The notes below the pieces were generated by a model. That model did no database searches, was not told the DNA's origin, and saw only the letters and a program-made list of their open reading frames with translations. This document shows positions 45,750-55,788 of a DNA stretch of 64,000 bases, piece by piece. Source of the DNA: Candidatus Sulfotelmatobacter sp. GTDB lineage: Bacteria; Acidobacteriota; Terriglobia; Terriglobales; Acidobacteriaceae. The DNA lies in the NCBI GenBank assembly GCA_035710825.1, contig DASTCU010000219.1, positions 2,134 through 66,133 on the forward strand, read 5' to 3'. Position 1 is the first letter of the stretch, and the number at the start of each line of letters is the position of its first letter. The position numbers and the translations under genes are program-made.

Positions 45750-47005
45750 GAGCCGGGAACACCTGAAATGGGCGCAGTCGAGAGCCCCGGAGCTGGAGTG
45801 TGATTGCGCCGGACCGCACCCGTCACCGGCGCACCTCCGCTTCCCGCGCCTGGAGTGCCGTTGCGCGGCTCAATCCGGCTGCCTCGCTGCAGCTTGTCTT
45901 GTCCGTCCGTAACTACCGTATCTCCGGGATTCACTCCGCTGGTGATCACCGTGGTATCGCCCTGCGTTAGCCCGACTGTGACCGCCTTATCCTGCACGGT
46001 GTTGTCCGGGTTTACCGTATAAACAAAAGTCCCCTGCGGGCCGCGCAACAGTGCCGCGGTTGGCACCACGGTGCTGTTCCTTCTCGTCTCCACCAGCAAA
46101 TCTGCATTCACAAACTGGTTGGGCCAGAGCTTGTTGTCTGTGTTATCGAAGACGGCCTTCAGTTTTGCCGTTCCTGTCGTCGGATCGATCTGGTTGTCAA
46201 TGGTCAGCAACTTTCCGGCGGCCAGTTTCGTCTGGTCATCGCGGCTGAACGCGTCCACTTCAAGCGTCCGCTTCCCCATTTGCTGCGACACATTACGCAA
46301 TACATCTTCCGGCAGGGTGAAGATCACGGCAATGGGCTGCAGTTGCGTCAAGATCAGCATCGGAGTGGTATCCGAGGCATGCACGATGTTCCCGGTATCA
46401 ACTTGCCGCAGCCCGATTCTCCCGCTGAATGGCGCTGTGATATGGCAGTACGTGATGTTCAACTTTGCGCTATCAATTTGCGCTTGATCATTGCGTACCG
46501 TTCCGTCTAGTTGATCCACTGTGGCTTTCTGCGTGTCCACCTGCTGCTGCGCGATGCTGCCCGACGGAATCAGCGATGTGTAGCGCTCCAGGTTCAGCCT
46601 GGCATCCCGCAGTTGCGCCTGATCGCGAAATAGCTGCGCCTGCATCTGCTCCATCTGCACTTGATAAGGGCGGGAATCAACCTCGATCAGCACTTCTCCC
46701 TGGTGCACCTCCTGCCCTTCGCGGACGTTCACCTTCATGATTTGGCCGTCAACTCGGCTTTTGATATTTGCGGTATTGAACGCTGTTACTGTTCCCAGGC
46801 CAGAGAGGTAAACCGGCACATCCTGCCGCTGTACGGGCGCGACGGAAACTGAAATCGAGCGCGGGCCGGCCGCGTGGGCTTTCTGTTGTTTAGAATCGGC
46901 GCTGGTGCAGCCGAAGAAAAATGCGCAAACTGACGCAAGAGTGCAGATCATCACCGTGCGGAAGACCACTGCCGCGCGCGATTTTCTTCTATGAGAATCA
47001 ATCAT
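45746..47005 (-). CDS. RND efflux membrane fusion (periplasmic adaptor) lipoprotein (MdtA-like)
   Basis: Lipobox AFFFGC, a coiled-coil hairpin region, and beta-barrel motifs ([10 protein letters not shown]). I chose ATG 47005; the track ORF extends to 47194. Confidence 0.88.
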   Translation of the reverse strand: MIDSHRRKSRAAVVFRTVMICTLASVCAFFFGCTSADSKQQKAHAAGPRSISVSVAPVQRQDVPVYLSGLGTVTAFNTANIKSRVDGQIMKVNVREGQEVHQGEVLIEVDSRPYQVQMEQMQAQLFRDQAQLRDARLNLERYTSLIPSGSIAQQQVDTQKATVDQLDGTVRNDQAQIDSAKLNITYCHITAPFSGRIGLRQVDTGNIVHASDTTPMLILTQLQPIAVIFTLPEDVLRNVSQQMGKRTLEVDAFSRDDQTKLAAGKLLTIDNQIDPTTGTAKLKAVFDNTDNKLWPNQFVNADLLVETRRNSTVVPTAALLRGPQGTFVYTVNPDNTVQDKAVTVGLTQGDTTVITSGVNPGDTVVTDGQDKLQRGSRIEPRNGTPGAGSGGAPVTGAVRRNHTPAPGLSTAPISGVPGS

Positions 47006-47257
47006 GTTCACAGGTAGTCCGTTCGTTTGCCCCGAACCCGTAGGCAGTTCGAGTATTAGACGTATGCATTCTAGACTCGGTTGCGGCGACTTGCCCTGAA
47101 AAACGGCACTACTATGCCGATGAGGCCTTCCTGGAGATCGAGCCAAGTGGAAGTTGCTACGGCAGATCCGCGACAATCTTAGGATCAGCCTCACCCCTGA
47201 GGCGGGTCAAGATCGGGGCGAAGGTTTTACAAATCTTTACTCCCTTTGACTTTGCCT

Positions 47258-47875
47258 TTACTGAGGCACCGAGTTCAGCGCCGATGGCGCCGGGTGCTTA
47301 GTTTCATACGCAGTAATTTCTGCTTCGTGCTGCAGCGTCAACCCGATGTCGTCCAGTCCGTTCAGCAGGCAGTGGCGAACGAATTCATCGATCGGAAATT
47401 TGGCGCAGAACCCCTGCTCGTCTCGCACTTCACATTTTTCCAGGTCGACCGTGACGGTATAGTTATCGATCTCTTGCGCACGCTGCATCAGCAACGCCGC
47501 CTCATCTTCGCTCACACGCACCGTCAGAAATCCGTTCTTGGTGCTGTTGTTGGCGAAAATATCGGCGAATGAAGACGAGATGACCGCTCGAAATCCGAAA
47601 TCCGCCAGCGCCCACACCGCATGCTCGCGCGATGACCCGCATCCAAAATTCTTACCCGCAACCAGAATGCTCGCGCCCTCATACCGAGGCTCATGTAACA
47701 CGAAATCCGGATTCTTCGTTCCATCCGCTGCAAACCGCCAGTCGTAGAACACAAATTTTCCAAACCCGGTCTTCTCGACCCGCTTGAGAAATTGCTTTGG
47801 GATGATCTGGTCGGTATCGACGTTGACGCGATCCAAAGGCGCCACCCGCCCGCGATGCACAGTAAATGGTTTCAT
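47258..47875 (-). CDS. leuD: 3-isopropylmalate dehydratase small subunit
   Basis: Typical LeuD sequence VDTDQIIPKQFLK, GKNFGCGSSREHA. Confidence 0.95.
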   Translation of the reverse strand: MKPFTVHRGRVAPLDRVNVDTDQIIPKQFLKRVEKTGFGKFVFYDWRFAADGTKNPDFVLHEPRYEGASILVAGKNFGCGSSREHAVWALADFGFRAVISSSFADIFANNSTKNGFLTVRVSEDEAALLMQRAQEIDNYTVTVDLEKCEVRDEQGFCAKFPIDEFVRHCLLNGLDDIGLTLQHEAEITAYETKHPAPSALNSVPQ

Positions 47876-47907
47876 GATCTTTTGTACCGCCGTGTCCCGC
47901 TGGTTCT

Positions 47908-47932
47908 TAGCGCCGGCGTCCCGCCGGCTGTC
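47908..47932. repeat. GC-rich palindromic (REP-like) element, copy 1, in the leuC-leuD spacer
   Basis: TAGCGCCGGCGTCCCGCCGGCTGTC is identical over 25 nt to 55825..55849. It contains the hairpin GCCGGCG-tcc-CGCCGGC. Confidence 0.7.
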
Positions 47933-47959
47933 GCGAGGCGTCCCGCCCCCGCGCCGTTC

Positions 47960-49369
47960 CTACTGATAGTTCCAATTCCGAATATCGGTGAAATGCCCCG
48001 CAATGGCCGCAGCCGCCGCCATCATCGGACTCACTAAGTGGGTCCGCCCTCCCCGTCCCTGCCGTCCCTCAAAATTCCGGTTGCTGGTCGAAGCGCATCT
48101 TTCTCCAGGCCGCAAAATATCCGGATTCATCCCCAAACACATCGAACATCCCGACTCCCGCCACTCAAATCCCGCATCCTGAAAAATCCGGTGCAACCCT
48201 TCCTGCTCGGCTGCGCGCTTCACCGTCTGCGATCCCGGCACGACCATGGCTCGCACCTTCGCGTTGACATGGTGTCCTTTGGCCACCCGCGCCGCCGCCC
48301 GCAGATCCTCAAGCCGCGAATTCGTGCACGATCCAATGAACACGCGATCGACTGCGATCTCTTCAATCCGCCGCCCCGGCTCCAGCGCCATATACTGCAG
48401 CGCGAGTTCGGCCGCGCGCCGATCGTTCTCCTGCAATCCCTTCACCTCCGGGACGCGCCCTGTCACCGGCGCCACCATCCCCGGATTCGTTCCCCACGTC
48501 ACGAACGGGCAAAGCTGTGACGCATCGATCTCGATAACTTTATCGAACTTGGCATCCGAATCCGTCGGCAGCCTGCGCCAATACGCCACCGCCTTCTCCC
48601 ACGCCGCATCTCGCGGTGCAAACCGCTTCCCTTTCACGTACGCGATGGTGGTCTCATCGGGCGCCACCATGCCCGCGCGCGCACCGGCTTCGATGCTCAT
48701 ATTGCACAGCGTCATCCGCCCTTCCATGGAGAGCGCGCGCACCGCCGGTCCCGCATATTCGATTACGTGCCCGGTGGCGCCATCGGTTCCGATCTGGCCG
48801 ATAATGCCCAGCGCAAGATCCTTTGCCGTCACCCCATCGCCCAACTTCCCGCGCACGTCAATCTTCATCGTCTTCGGCTTCTGCTGCGCCAGGCATTGCG
48901 TTGCGAGGACGTGCTCGACTTCTGAGGTTCCAATCCCAAACGCCAGCGCTCCGAACGCTCCATGGGTTGAGGTGTGGCTGTCGCCGCAAACGATCGTCAT
49001 CCCCGGCTGCGTCAGCCCCAACTCCGGACCAATCACGTGCACGATGCCCTGCTCCGGCGAATCCATGTCAAATAACCGGATTCCGAATTCCTTACAGTTC
49101 GCCTGCAGCGCGGCAATTTGCTTTGCCGCGACCAGATCGGTGATTGGCGTACCGCGCGGTTCGGTAGGAATGTTGTGATCCACAGTCGCCACCGCGCGCA
49201 ACGGCTGCCGCACTTCGCGTCCCGCAGCCCGCAGCCCGTCAAAGGCCTGAGGCGAGGTCACTTCATGCACCAGATGCAGATCGATGTAAACAATTGGGGA
49301 CCGCCCAGCGGGCTGAGCCACCAGGTGCGCCTCCCAGATTTTTTCGAATAGTGTCCGCGCTGCTGCCAT
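47960..49369 (-). CDS. leuC: 3-isopropylmalate dehydratase large subunit
   Basis: Aconitase-family motifs [35 protein letters not shown] and [11 protein letters not shown] chose ATG 49369; the track ORF runs to 49408. Confidence 0.95.
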   Translation of the reverse strand: MAAARTLFEKIWEAHLVAQPAGRSPIVYIDLHLVHEVTSPQAFDGLRAAGREVRQPLRAVATVDHNIPTEPRGTPITDLVAAKQIAALQANCKEFGIRLFDMDSPEQGIVHVIGPELGLTQPGMTIVCGDSHTSTHGAFGALAFGIGTSEVEHVLATQCLAQQKPKTMKIDVRGKLGDGVTAKDLALGIIGQIGTDGATGHVIEYAGPAVRALSMEGRMTLCNMSIEAGARAGMVAPDETTIAYVKGKRFAPRDAAWEKAVAYWRRLPTDSDAKFDKVIEIDASQLCPFVTWGTNPGMVAPVTGRVPEVKGLQENDRRAAELALQYMALEPGRRIEEIAVDRVFIGSCTNSRLEDLRAAARVAKGHHVNAKVRAMVVPGSQTVKRAAEQEGLHRIFQDAGFEWRESGCSMCLGMNPDILRPGERCASTSNRNFEGRQGRGGRTHLVSPMMAAAAAIAGHFTDIRNWNYQ

Positions 49370-49579
49370 AGATCTCGCCGAAATTAGGAGTAATTGGTAG
49401 TTTTTCACAGCCGCGCAAAGTCAGCAAGAGACCCGTAAATGGCCGCTTTTGTAAACCATCTGCCAACCCCATTATGTTTTCTTGCGGGATACCCGAAATC
49501 CCTGATCGCTTCAGGTTTTTCGCGCTACTAGGCTTGGCCAATGGAAGGTTTCTCATTTTGTACCAGGGCTCGGTAACCC

Positions 49580-49999
49580 ATGACCAACCACATCAATCAC
49601 GAGCGCAATATTTCCGAAGTTTTAACCGACATTAAGACAGAGCTGAAGGACTTCGTTCAGACCCGCATCGCGATGTTCAAGGCTGAGCTCCAGGAGAAGG
49701 TAAAAAACATCAAAACGGTAGCTCCGCTCGCAGCTGTCGCGGCCGTGCTGCTCGGAACCGCTTACTTGCTCTTTACATTAGCGCTAGTAGGCCTCGCGGC
49801 GGCGTTTCTTCCGGACAATCAGTACCGTTGGTTCCTGGCGTTCCTCGCTGTTGCCATTCTCTGGGCCATCCTTGGCGGAATTGCAGCCTACTTCGCCAAG
49901 CGCGAGTTTGAGATCAAGGGCCTGTTGCCCAAGAGAACGATCGAAGTTCTCAAAGATGACAAGGTTTGGGTACAGGCCGAGGTGAAAAATCAAATATGA
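49580..49999 (+). CDS. Holin-X-like (phage holin family) two-TM membrane protein
   Basis: 139 aa: an amphipathic N-terminal helix, then two long hydrophobic helices. It resembles the widespread non-phage 'putative holin-X' stress-cluster proteins. Confidence 0.55.
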   Translation: MTNHINHERNISEVLTDIKTELKDFVQTRIAMFKAELQEKVKNIKTVAPLAAVAAVLLGTAYLLFTLALVGLAAAFLPDNQYRWFLAFLAVAILWAILGGIAAYFAKREFEIKGLLPKRTIEVLKDDKVWVQAEVKNQI

Positions 50000-50217
50000 G
50001 TACCAAGCCTGTCGAAAATCTGGAACTCCGTGCGATCGAACAGCGCAACGAGATCCATCAGACCACCGCGGAACTCAAAGAAAAAATCGCCGCTGCACGC
50101 CAGAGATATGACGTGTCCGCGAATTTGCGGCAACGTTTCACCACGATCGCCATTGTTGTTTCGTGCCTCGGCCTGATCGCCGGGTATGGTGTCGGCGGGG
50201 TGTTCTCCCGCCGCTAA
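49996..50217 (+). CDS. small tail-anchored membrane protein (DUF3618-like)
   Basis: 73 aa with a coiled N-terminus and a C-terminal TM segment IAIVVSCLGLIAGYGVGGVF. Its ATG overlaps the upstream stop (ATGA). Confidence 0.5.
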   Translation: MSTKPVENLELRAIEQRNEIHQTTAELKEKIAAARQRYDVSANLRQRFTTIAIVVSCLGLIAGYGVGGVFSRR

Positions 50218-50249
50218 CCGCCCGATTTTCGTATTGGAGTATTGATCCT

Positions 50250-50675
50250 ATGCCCATGCTGAACAGTATCACCAAGGTGGCGGCCAAACCCTTGCCGCGC
50301 ATGATCTCGCCCAAAGCCCATGCCATCTTCGACTACGTCATCGTCGGCACGTTTTTTGCCACCGCCGGCTGGTTCTGGCGACACAATAAGCGCGCCGCCA
50401 TCGCCTCGTTTCTCTGCGGAGGCGCCAAGCTTGCGGTCAGCCTGCTCACAGATTATCCGGGTGGCGTTCGCAAGGTTATCCATTACCCGGTGCGCCACGA
50501 AATCGATTTAGGAATCGCCGCCATGGTCGCCACCATGCCAGAATTCCTTGCCTTCAAGGACGAGCCGCAGAAGAAATTTTTTATGGTCCAGGGCGCGCTG
50601 ATTACGGCCGCCAACGAACTTACTCAATTCCCCGAGCGCCGCCGGCGCAGCAAAGACCGGGCCAAAGTAGCGTGA
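50250..50675 (+). CDS. membrane protein of unknown function
   Basis: 141 aa with GGAG 10 nt upstream of ATG 50250 and several hydrophobic segments. The track ORF starts at 50163. Confidence 0.5.
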   Translation: MPMLNSITKVAAKPLPRMISPKAHAIFDYVIVGTFFATAGWFWRHNKRAAIASFLCGGAKLAVSLLTDYPGGVRKVIHYPVRHEIDLGIAAMVATMPEFLAFKDEPQKKFFMVQGALITAANELTQFPERRRRSKDRAKVA

Positions 50676-50678
50676 TCC

Positions 50679-51590
50679 ATGCCCTCGCTATGGAAATTCG
50701 GGGGATTCACTCCGCTCGAACTGAGCAAGCTCGTGGTCAAGAAAATCGGGGATGACGAACTTTCGACCCGCTCTGCGTCACTATCGTATTACTTCCTGCT
50801 CGCGCTCTTCCCCATGCTCTTGTTTCTGGTTTCCCTGGTGGCGGTAATTGCCGGGCCGGGGTCCCAACTGCGCGAGACGATCTTGTCCTCTTTAGGAAAT
50901 CTCGTACCCGGATCCGCATCCAACCTCGTTCACAGTATTGTCGACCAGACCTTCAAGAACAGCGGCGGGATCAAGATGGCCGCAGGAATCCTCGGCGCAC
51001 TCTGGGCCGCCTCAGGCGGCATGGGTGCGGTAGTCACGTCGCTCAACGTCATCTATCAGACCCACGAGACTCGGCCTTGGTGGGAGCAGAAGATCACCAT
51101 TGTTGGATTGACTCTCGCGCTCGCCGCCCTCATTCTGACCGCCCTGGTGCTTGTGCTGTATGGCGGAAAAATCGGCGTCCTCATCGCATCGCATGTCGGG
51201 TTGGGCAACATCTTCCGCGTGACCTGGAAAATCTTGCAGTGGCCCGTCACCTTCGCCGCGATGTTCCTGTCCTACTCCATCATCTACTACTTCGGTCCCG
51301 ATCTGGAGGAACGCAAATGGTATTGGGTCACGCCGGGTGCCGCTGCCGGAGTTGCCCTTTGGCTGCTTGCATCCATCGGTTTTCGTATCTACCTGCATTT
51401 CTTTAATAGCTACAGCGCGACCTACGGTTCGCTGGGCGCAGCTGTCATCCTCATGCTCTGGTTGTACAACACCGGTTTCGCCATTCTGGTTGGAGGCATC
51501 GTCAACTGGATCATCGAGAATGAAGACAAGAGAACGGCGGAACTGGGGACCAAGAAACGTAAGCTCTTGAGGCGCCTAAAAGTCGCCTAG
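50679..51590 (+). CDS. YihY/BrkB family membrane protein
   Basis: Characteristic N-terminus ELSTRSASLSYYFLLALFPMLLFL and six TM helices. Confidence 0.85.
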   Translation: MPSLWKFGGFTPLELSKLVVKKIGDDELSTRSASLSYYFLLALFPMLLFLVSLVAVIAGPGSQLRETILSSLGNLVPGSASNLVHSIVDQTFKNSGGIKMAAGILGALWAASGGMGAVVTSLNVIYQTHETRPWWEQKITIVGLTLALAALILTALVLVLYGGKIGVLIASHVGLGNIFRVTWKILQWPVTFAAMFLSYSIIYYFGPDLEERKWYWVTPGAAAGVALWLLASIGFRIYLHFFNSYSATYGSLGAAVILMLWLYNTGFAILVGGIVNWIIENEDKRTAELGTKKRKLLRRLKVA

Positions 51591-51897
51591 CGAATTTCTT
51601 CGACAGCGCTCTCGCCAATCCCCGCATTTCACGCCGGCCATTCCGTTTCGAGAACACACAAGTTCATATCCACACTCACAGGTGCCTCTCCCGATTGACT
51701 CGCTTGCGTCTCTGCAATAACGTTTGCACAGTTTCATTCGCCACAATCCCGCGCCGTCGCTGACGGACAACTCGGCCCAGGTATCCGTCTCAGCAACGGC
51801 CTCCGAAGGCCACTTCAATCGGTTAATAAATCGTGCCTCGCAATCCGCACGCGCGAGGCCGGCGCTCTTAGTGTGTTCGAAGGTAAAGGAGAAACCA

Positions 51898-53439
51898 GTG
51901 CATCCATTCAATAGAATTTACGTCCTGTTTTTGCTCTCGTTTGCATTCTCATTCAGCGCGCTTGCTCAAACCGAATACACCGCGGCAGACAGCCCTACGA
52001 CCAGTTGCGCCACCCCGACTTATAGTTGCGCGCGCAACGACCTGATCACAACCAATAATCTGAATCCGCCTCCCGTGGTCAGCAAGCAAAATTCGATTGT
52101 GACTCCCTCGGATTTCAAACTTCCGATCGTACGCGTCACCGATGGCAATACCTTTGCCAGCAAAAGCCTGAATGTCACTCTTACCGGATCAAACGGCGAC
52201 AATATTTTCAACATCAACGACACCTACCTCATCGTTTCAGATCAGGGCGGCTGGAGATATCCCGTCTCCTTCAGTCCCTCCTCTCTGCAAGTAGTCAATG
52301 CCGGCGCGTGGACCCCCGGCACCAACCAGGTACGCTGGACCGGCAGTGGTTCCTTCAGCCGAACCACCGCCAATGTGATTTATTCAGTCGTGAACTCCGC
52401 CCCGACGATTCCCGGCGTGAATGCCAACGGCACCACTCTCAACAAACTGACACTTTCAGGCACCACCTCTATTTCCGCCACGGCCACAAAGGTATTTGAC
52501 TTCGCAACCTGCAAAGGAATGCCGAATCCCTACAACATCGGCCACGGAATCTGGCACTCGGCATTGACGGTCAGTTCCGGCGATAAGCGCTTCTCCCACG
52601 CCTTCTCGAATCAATTAGGCGGCCAGGATACGGGCACCGATGTGGTTGTCTATGACGCGCCTTCCGGGCAATGTTACCGCTACGACACGGCTCACGCCCA
52701 ACTCTGCACCTCAACTGGCTGTTCTCCCATGAGCCTGCCGGACGAGTTCACCGTTCATGAGGCGTACATGTCGCTCGATGGAAATTATCTCCGCGTCGTC
52801 TTTCACAAGTGCATCATCGGGGGATGCACCCAGGGAAGTAACTCAAATCCTTACTTCTGGCACATCGGCACCACCACTGTGACCCGTTGCTATGCCTCCT
52901 CCGGCGCCGCCAACTGCACCGGACACATGGTGGAAGGCTACAGTCACATTTACAACGGAACCGGTTGGCCGGAATCAGCGAAACGCTCCTTCACGGACCC
53001 GCTGTCCTACTCCATCGTTAATACGACGCCGACGTTGTCGCCAAACAGTGACCTCCATTACTCCAACAATGCTGCTGATACGAACGACACGTATCCCTAC
53101 TGGGCCACGAACATTCAAAACGTGCATACGATGTTCGCTGGCGCCGGATGCAACAAGACCGGGAATATATACGAAGGCTGCACTTTCACGGGACCGCTTT
53201 ACGGAGAAGTATTCGCCGTCACGCAAAGCGGCGGTTACGTGCGCGCGGCGCACACCTACAACAGCGGCTCGTCCACCTATTTCAACTGTCAAAACACAAT
53301 CGGTGCGGTTTCACAAACCGGAAAATTCTTTGCTTGGACATCGGACTGGTTGACTACGCTCGGCAAGGACGATGCCGGTAAGAACCGCTGCGACGTTTTC
53401 ATCGTCAATCTAGCCGCAGCACAGGGAGCGACTCATTAG
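51898..53439 (+). CDS. secreted protein of unknown function
   Basis: AAAGGAG lies 6 nt upstream of GTG 51898. Signal peptide HPFNRIYVLFLLSFAFSFSALAQ. 513 aa with no recognisable motif. The track ORF extends upstream to 51724. Confidence 0.6.
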   Translation: MHPFNRIYVLFLLSFAFSFSALAQTEYTAADSPTTSCATPTYSCARNDLITTNNLNPPPVVSKQNSIVTPSDFKLPIVRVTDGNTFASKSLNVTLTGSNGDNIFNINDTYLIVSDQGGWRYPVSFSPSSLQVVNAGAWTPGTNQVRWTGSGSFSRTTANVIYSVVNSAPTIPGVNANGTTLNKLTLSGTTSISATATKVFDFATCKGMPNPYNIGHGIWHSALTVSSGDKRFSHAFSNQLGGQDTGTDVVVYDAPSGQCYRYDTAHAQLCTSTGCSPMSLPDEFTVHEAYMSLDGNYLRVVFHKCIIGGCTQGSNSNPYFWHIGTTTVTRCYASSGAANCTGHMVEGYSHIYNGTGWPESAKRSFTDPLSYSIVNTTPTLSPNSDLHYSNNAADTNDTYPYWATNIQNVHTMFAGAGCNKTGNIYEGCTFTGPLYGEVFAVTQSGGYVRAAHTYNSGSSTYFNCQNTIGAVSQTGKFFAWTSDWLTTLGKDDAGKNRCDVFIVNLAAAQGATH

Positions 53440-53467
53440 CGATCGACAGAGTCCGAAACCTGTGATG

Positions 53468-53512
53468 AGCCCCATTTTTCGTGCGTTTTGTGCGCGAGAA
53501 CTGGGGCTTTTT
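53468..53512 (+). terminator. possible intrinsic terminator
   Basis: AGCCCCA ... TGGGGCT followed by TTTTT, but the loop is long (27 nt). Confidence 0.3.
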
Positions 53513-53598
53513 CACACATCCTGGCAGCCCTACCTACAATCGCTCCCACGGAAAAAAATATCTTCAGGATGAACTCCTCTTCTACCGATTGCGATCCC

Positions 53599-55272
53599 TC
53601 ACCGCGGTCGCGTGATCGCTCCCTGCGATGCGGACGAAACCAGCGCTGCGTATTTCGCGAACACGCCAGTTTCATAGCGTGGCTTGGGAGCCTTCCACTC
53701 CGCCACGCGCTGCTGCAGTACCTCGAGGCTGATTTCGACCTCCAGGGTGCGCTTGTTCACATCAAAGCGAATGATATCTCCATCGCGCACGCCTGTAATC
53801 GGTCCGCCCATCGCCGCTTCCGGCGCAACGTGTCCCGCCATGAGCCCGCGCGTCGCCCCGCTGAATCGCCCATCCGTGAGCAGCGCGACCGATCCACCAA
53901 GGCCCTCTCCGACGATGGCTGCCGTAACCCCCAGCATCTCGCGCATCCCCGGACCGCCTTTCGGGCCCTCATTGCGAATCACCACGACGTCGCCTGCTTT
54001 GATTTTTTTCGCTGTAACCGCAGCCATGGCGTCTTCTTCCGATTCGAAAACGCGCGCCGGTCCCCGATGCTCGAGCCGCTCGTGGCCGCTGATCTTTGCC
54101 ACGCATCCCTCGGGCGCAAGATTGCCTTTGAGAATCACCAGGCCACCCGTTGCTTTGAGCGGCTTATCTAGCGGCACAATAACTTCCTGATTCGGACCTT
54201 CCACCGCACTCGCGGCTTCCGCAGAAATCGTCTGTCCAGTCACGGTTTTTGCCGATCCATGCAGGTACTTCCCGCTCGTCAGCCGTTTCGCCAATAGCCG
54301 AATACCTCCCGCCCTATGCATGTCCGCGGCCACGAATCTGCCGGAAGGCTTCAGATCCGCAAACACGGGAGTCCGCTCGCTCACCGTCTGGAAGTCGTCG
54401 ATTTCCAAGCCGACGCCCGCCTCGCGCGCAATCGCCAGCAGATGCAGAACCGCATTGGTTGACCCGCCCGTGGCGGCGACCGACGCAATCGCATTCTCGA
54501 ATGCCTCGCGCGTCAGAATGTCGCGTGGCTTCAGATCCTTCTGCAGGACGTTCATCACAATCTTCCCGCAGTCGAAAGAAATCTGATCTTTCTGGGCATC
54601 CATGGCCGGCACGCTGTTGAATCCCATCGGCGAAAGTCCGATCATCTCCATCACGGTCGACATCGTGTTCGCCGTGTATTGCCCGCCGCACGCGCCCGCG
54701 CCGGGACAAGCAACATCCTCCAATTCCTTCAGTTCCGCATCGCTCATCTTTCCCGCAACATTCGCGCCGATGGCCTCATAAACATCTTGAATCGTGACAT
54801 CCTCCCCGCGATAGCTGCCGGGAGCAATGGTTCCTCCGTAAAGCACCACACCGGGAAGATTCATACGCGCCAGAGCCATCGCCGCCGCCGGAATCGTCTT
54901 GTCGCAGCCCACCACACACACCACTGCGTCGAACATCTGCCCTCGGCAGACAAGTTCGATCGAGTCGGCGATCAACTCACGGCTTACCAGCGACGCACGC
55001 ATGCCTTCCGTACCCATGGTCTCGCCGTCAGAAATCGCGATCGTGTTGAACTCCATGGGGGTGCCGCCCGCCGCACGAATGCCCTCTTTCACCTTCGCCG
55101 ACAGGCGGCGCAAATGAAAGTTGCACGGCATGGTTTCGATCCAGGTATTGGCCACGCCGATCAGAGGACGGCTCAGATCAGCATCGGTGAACCCAATGGC
55201 CTTGAACATCGAGCGCGCTCCGGCCCGATCGCGCCCTTCAGTAATTCCACGGCTAATGTGCTTGAGATCCAT
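53599..55272 (-). CDS. ilvD: dihydroxy-acid dehydratase
   Basis: Typical IlvD motifs [24 protein letters not shown] and the ILVD_EDD signatures. I chose ATG 55272; the track ORF starts at TTG 55293. Confidence 0.95.
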   Translation of the reverse strand: MDLKHISRGITEGRDRAGARSMFKAIGFTDADLSRPLIGVANTWIETMPCNFHLRRLSAKVKEGIRAAGGTPMEFNTIAISDGETMGTEGMRASLVSRELIADSIELVCRGQMFDAVVCVVGCDKTIPAAAMALARMNLPGVVLYGGTIAPGSYRGEDVTIQDVYEAIGANVAGKMSDAELKELEDVACPGAGACGGQYTANTMSTVMEMIGLSPMGFNSVPAMDAQKDQISFDCGKIVMNVLQKDLKPRDILTREAFENAIASVAATGGSTNAVLHLLAIAREAGVGLEIDDFQTVSERTPVFADLKPSGRFVAADMHRAGGIRLLAKRLTSGKYLHGSAKTVTGQTISAEAASAVEGPNQEVIVPLDKPLKATGGLVILKGNLAPEGCVAKISGHERLEHRGPARVFESEEDAMAAVTAKKIKAGDVVVIRNEGPKGGPGMREMLGVTAAIVGEGLGGSVALLTDGRFSGATRGLMAGHVAPEAAMGGPITGVRDGDIIRFDVNKRTLEVEISLEVLQQRVAEWKAPKPRYETGVFAKYAALVSSASQGAITRPR

Positions 55273-55300
55273 GGCTGAAAGAGTACCGAACAAAGACGAA

Positions 55301-55392
55301 GTTTCAAAGTTTCAAGGTTTCAAAGTTTTAAGGTTGACGCGTGTTGCATAACCAAAACCCTTGAAACCTTGAACCTATGAAACCTGGAAACC
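55301..55392. repeat. inverted array of degenerate octamer repeats (GTTTCAAR x4, ~22-nt spacer, YTTGAAAC-like x4)
   Basis: Read directly: gtttcaaa gtttcaag gtttcaaa gttttaag gtt - gacgcgtgttgcataaccaaaa - ccc ttgaaacc ttgaacc tatgaaacc tggaaacc. The two halves are imperfect reverse complements. Confidence 0.8.
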
Positions 55393-55398
55393 TGCCTG

Positions 55399-55431
55399 AT
55401 AAAAACGGGGAACCCGCTTTGCAGGTTCCCC
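55399..55431 (-). terminator. intrinsic terminator after the ilvM-like gene
   Basis: The minus strand reads GGGGAACC-tgcaaagcg-GGTTCCCC-GTTTTTAT: a perfect 8-bp GC-rich stem plus a T-tract, 55 nt past the stop at 55486. Confidence 0.65.
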
Positions 55432-55485
55432 AGTTGCATGACGTTTGCCCAGGAGTCGTCATGCTTGCCCAGCCACAAAGTCGAA

Positions 55486-55788
55486 CTACGCGCGCGCTGC
55501 TGCTCGCGATCCTTCCAGCGTCACGCCCGCCGGAGGATGATGTGAAGTCCACTCCGTCGCCGCAGCCGTACCCGCGCCTACATGAATCACATCCGCAATC
55601 GAATACCATTCGCGATAAAGTTGGCCGACCTGCTTCTGGTTTACATCCAGCGTCAGCGTGACCTGGTGATCGCGCTCCGCCGGTTCAGCCATTACTGACG
55701 GCAGATCTAAGGCACGGCGCGAGGCCGCGTTCAAGATGCGCATCAACGTCCCCTGCGTATTGCGATAGCGAATGTGAAAAGCCTGCAT
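55486..55788 (-). CDS. small ACT-domain protein resembling acetolactate synthase small subunit IlvM
   Basis: The pattern FHIRYRNTQGTLMRILNAASRRALDLPSVMAEP...VTLTLDVNQKQVGQLYREWYSIADVIHV parallels E. coli IlvM (as I recall its sequence). It lies just downstream of ilvB. Confidence 0.6.
   Translation of the reverse strand: MQAFHIRYRNTQGTLMRILNAASRRALDLPSVMAEPAERDHQVTLTLDVNQKQVGQLYREWYSIADVIHVGAGTAAATEWTSHHPPAGVTLEGSRAAARA

Noticed and set aside
49370-49579. A Leu-rich leader peptide / attenuator upstream of leuC.
   Set aside because: The minus-strand leader contains no short ORF with consecutive Leu codons and no terminator-antiterminator pair that I could fold.
49580-49999. A holin-family protein as evidence for a prophage.
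   Set aside because: There are no endolysin, capsid, tail, terminase or integrase genes nearby. The flanking genes are leuC and membrane proteins.
51576-51911. A 111-aa minus-strand ORF in the gap upstream of the 513-aa secreted protein gene.
   Set aside because: It has no motifs or translation signals, and it overlaps the SD and start of the better-supported plus-strand gene.
55301-55392. Repeat array resembling a tiny CRISPR.
   Set aside because: The units are only 8-9 nt, contiguous with no spacers, degenerate, and arranged as an inverted pair. There are no cas genes in the window.
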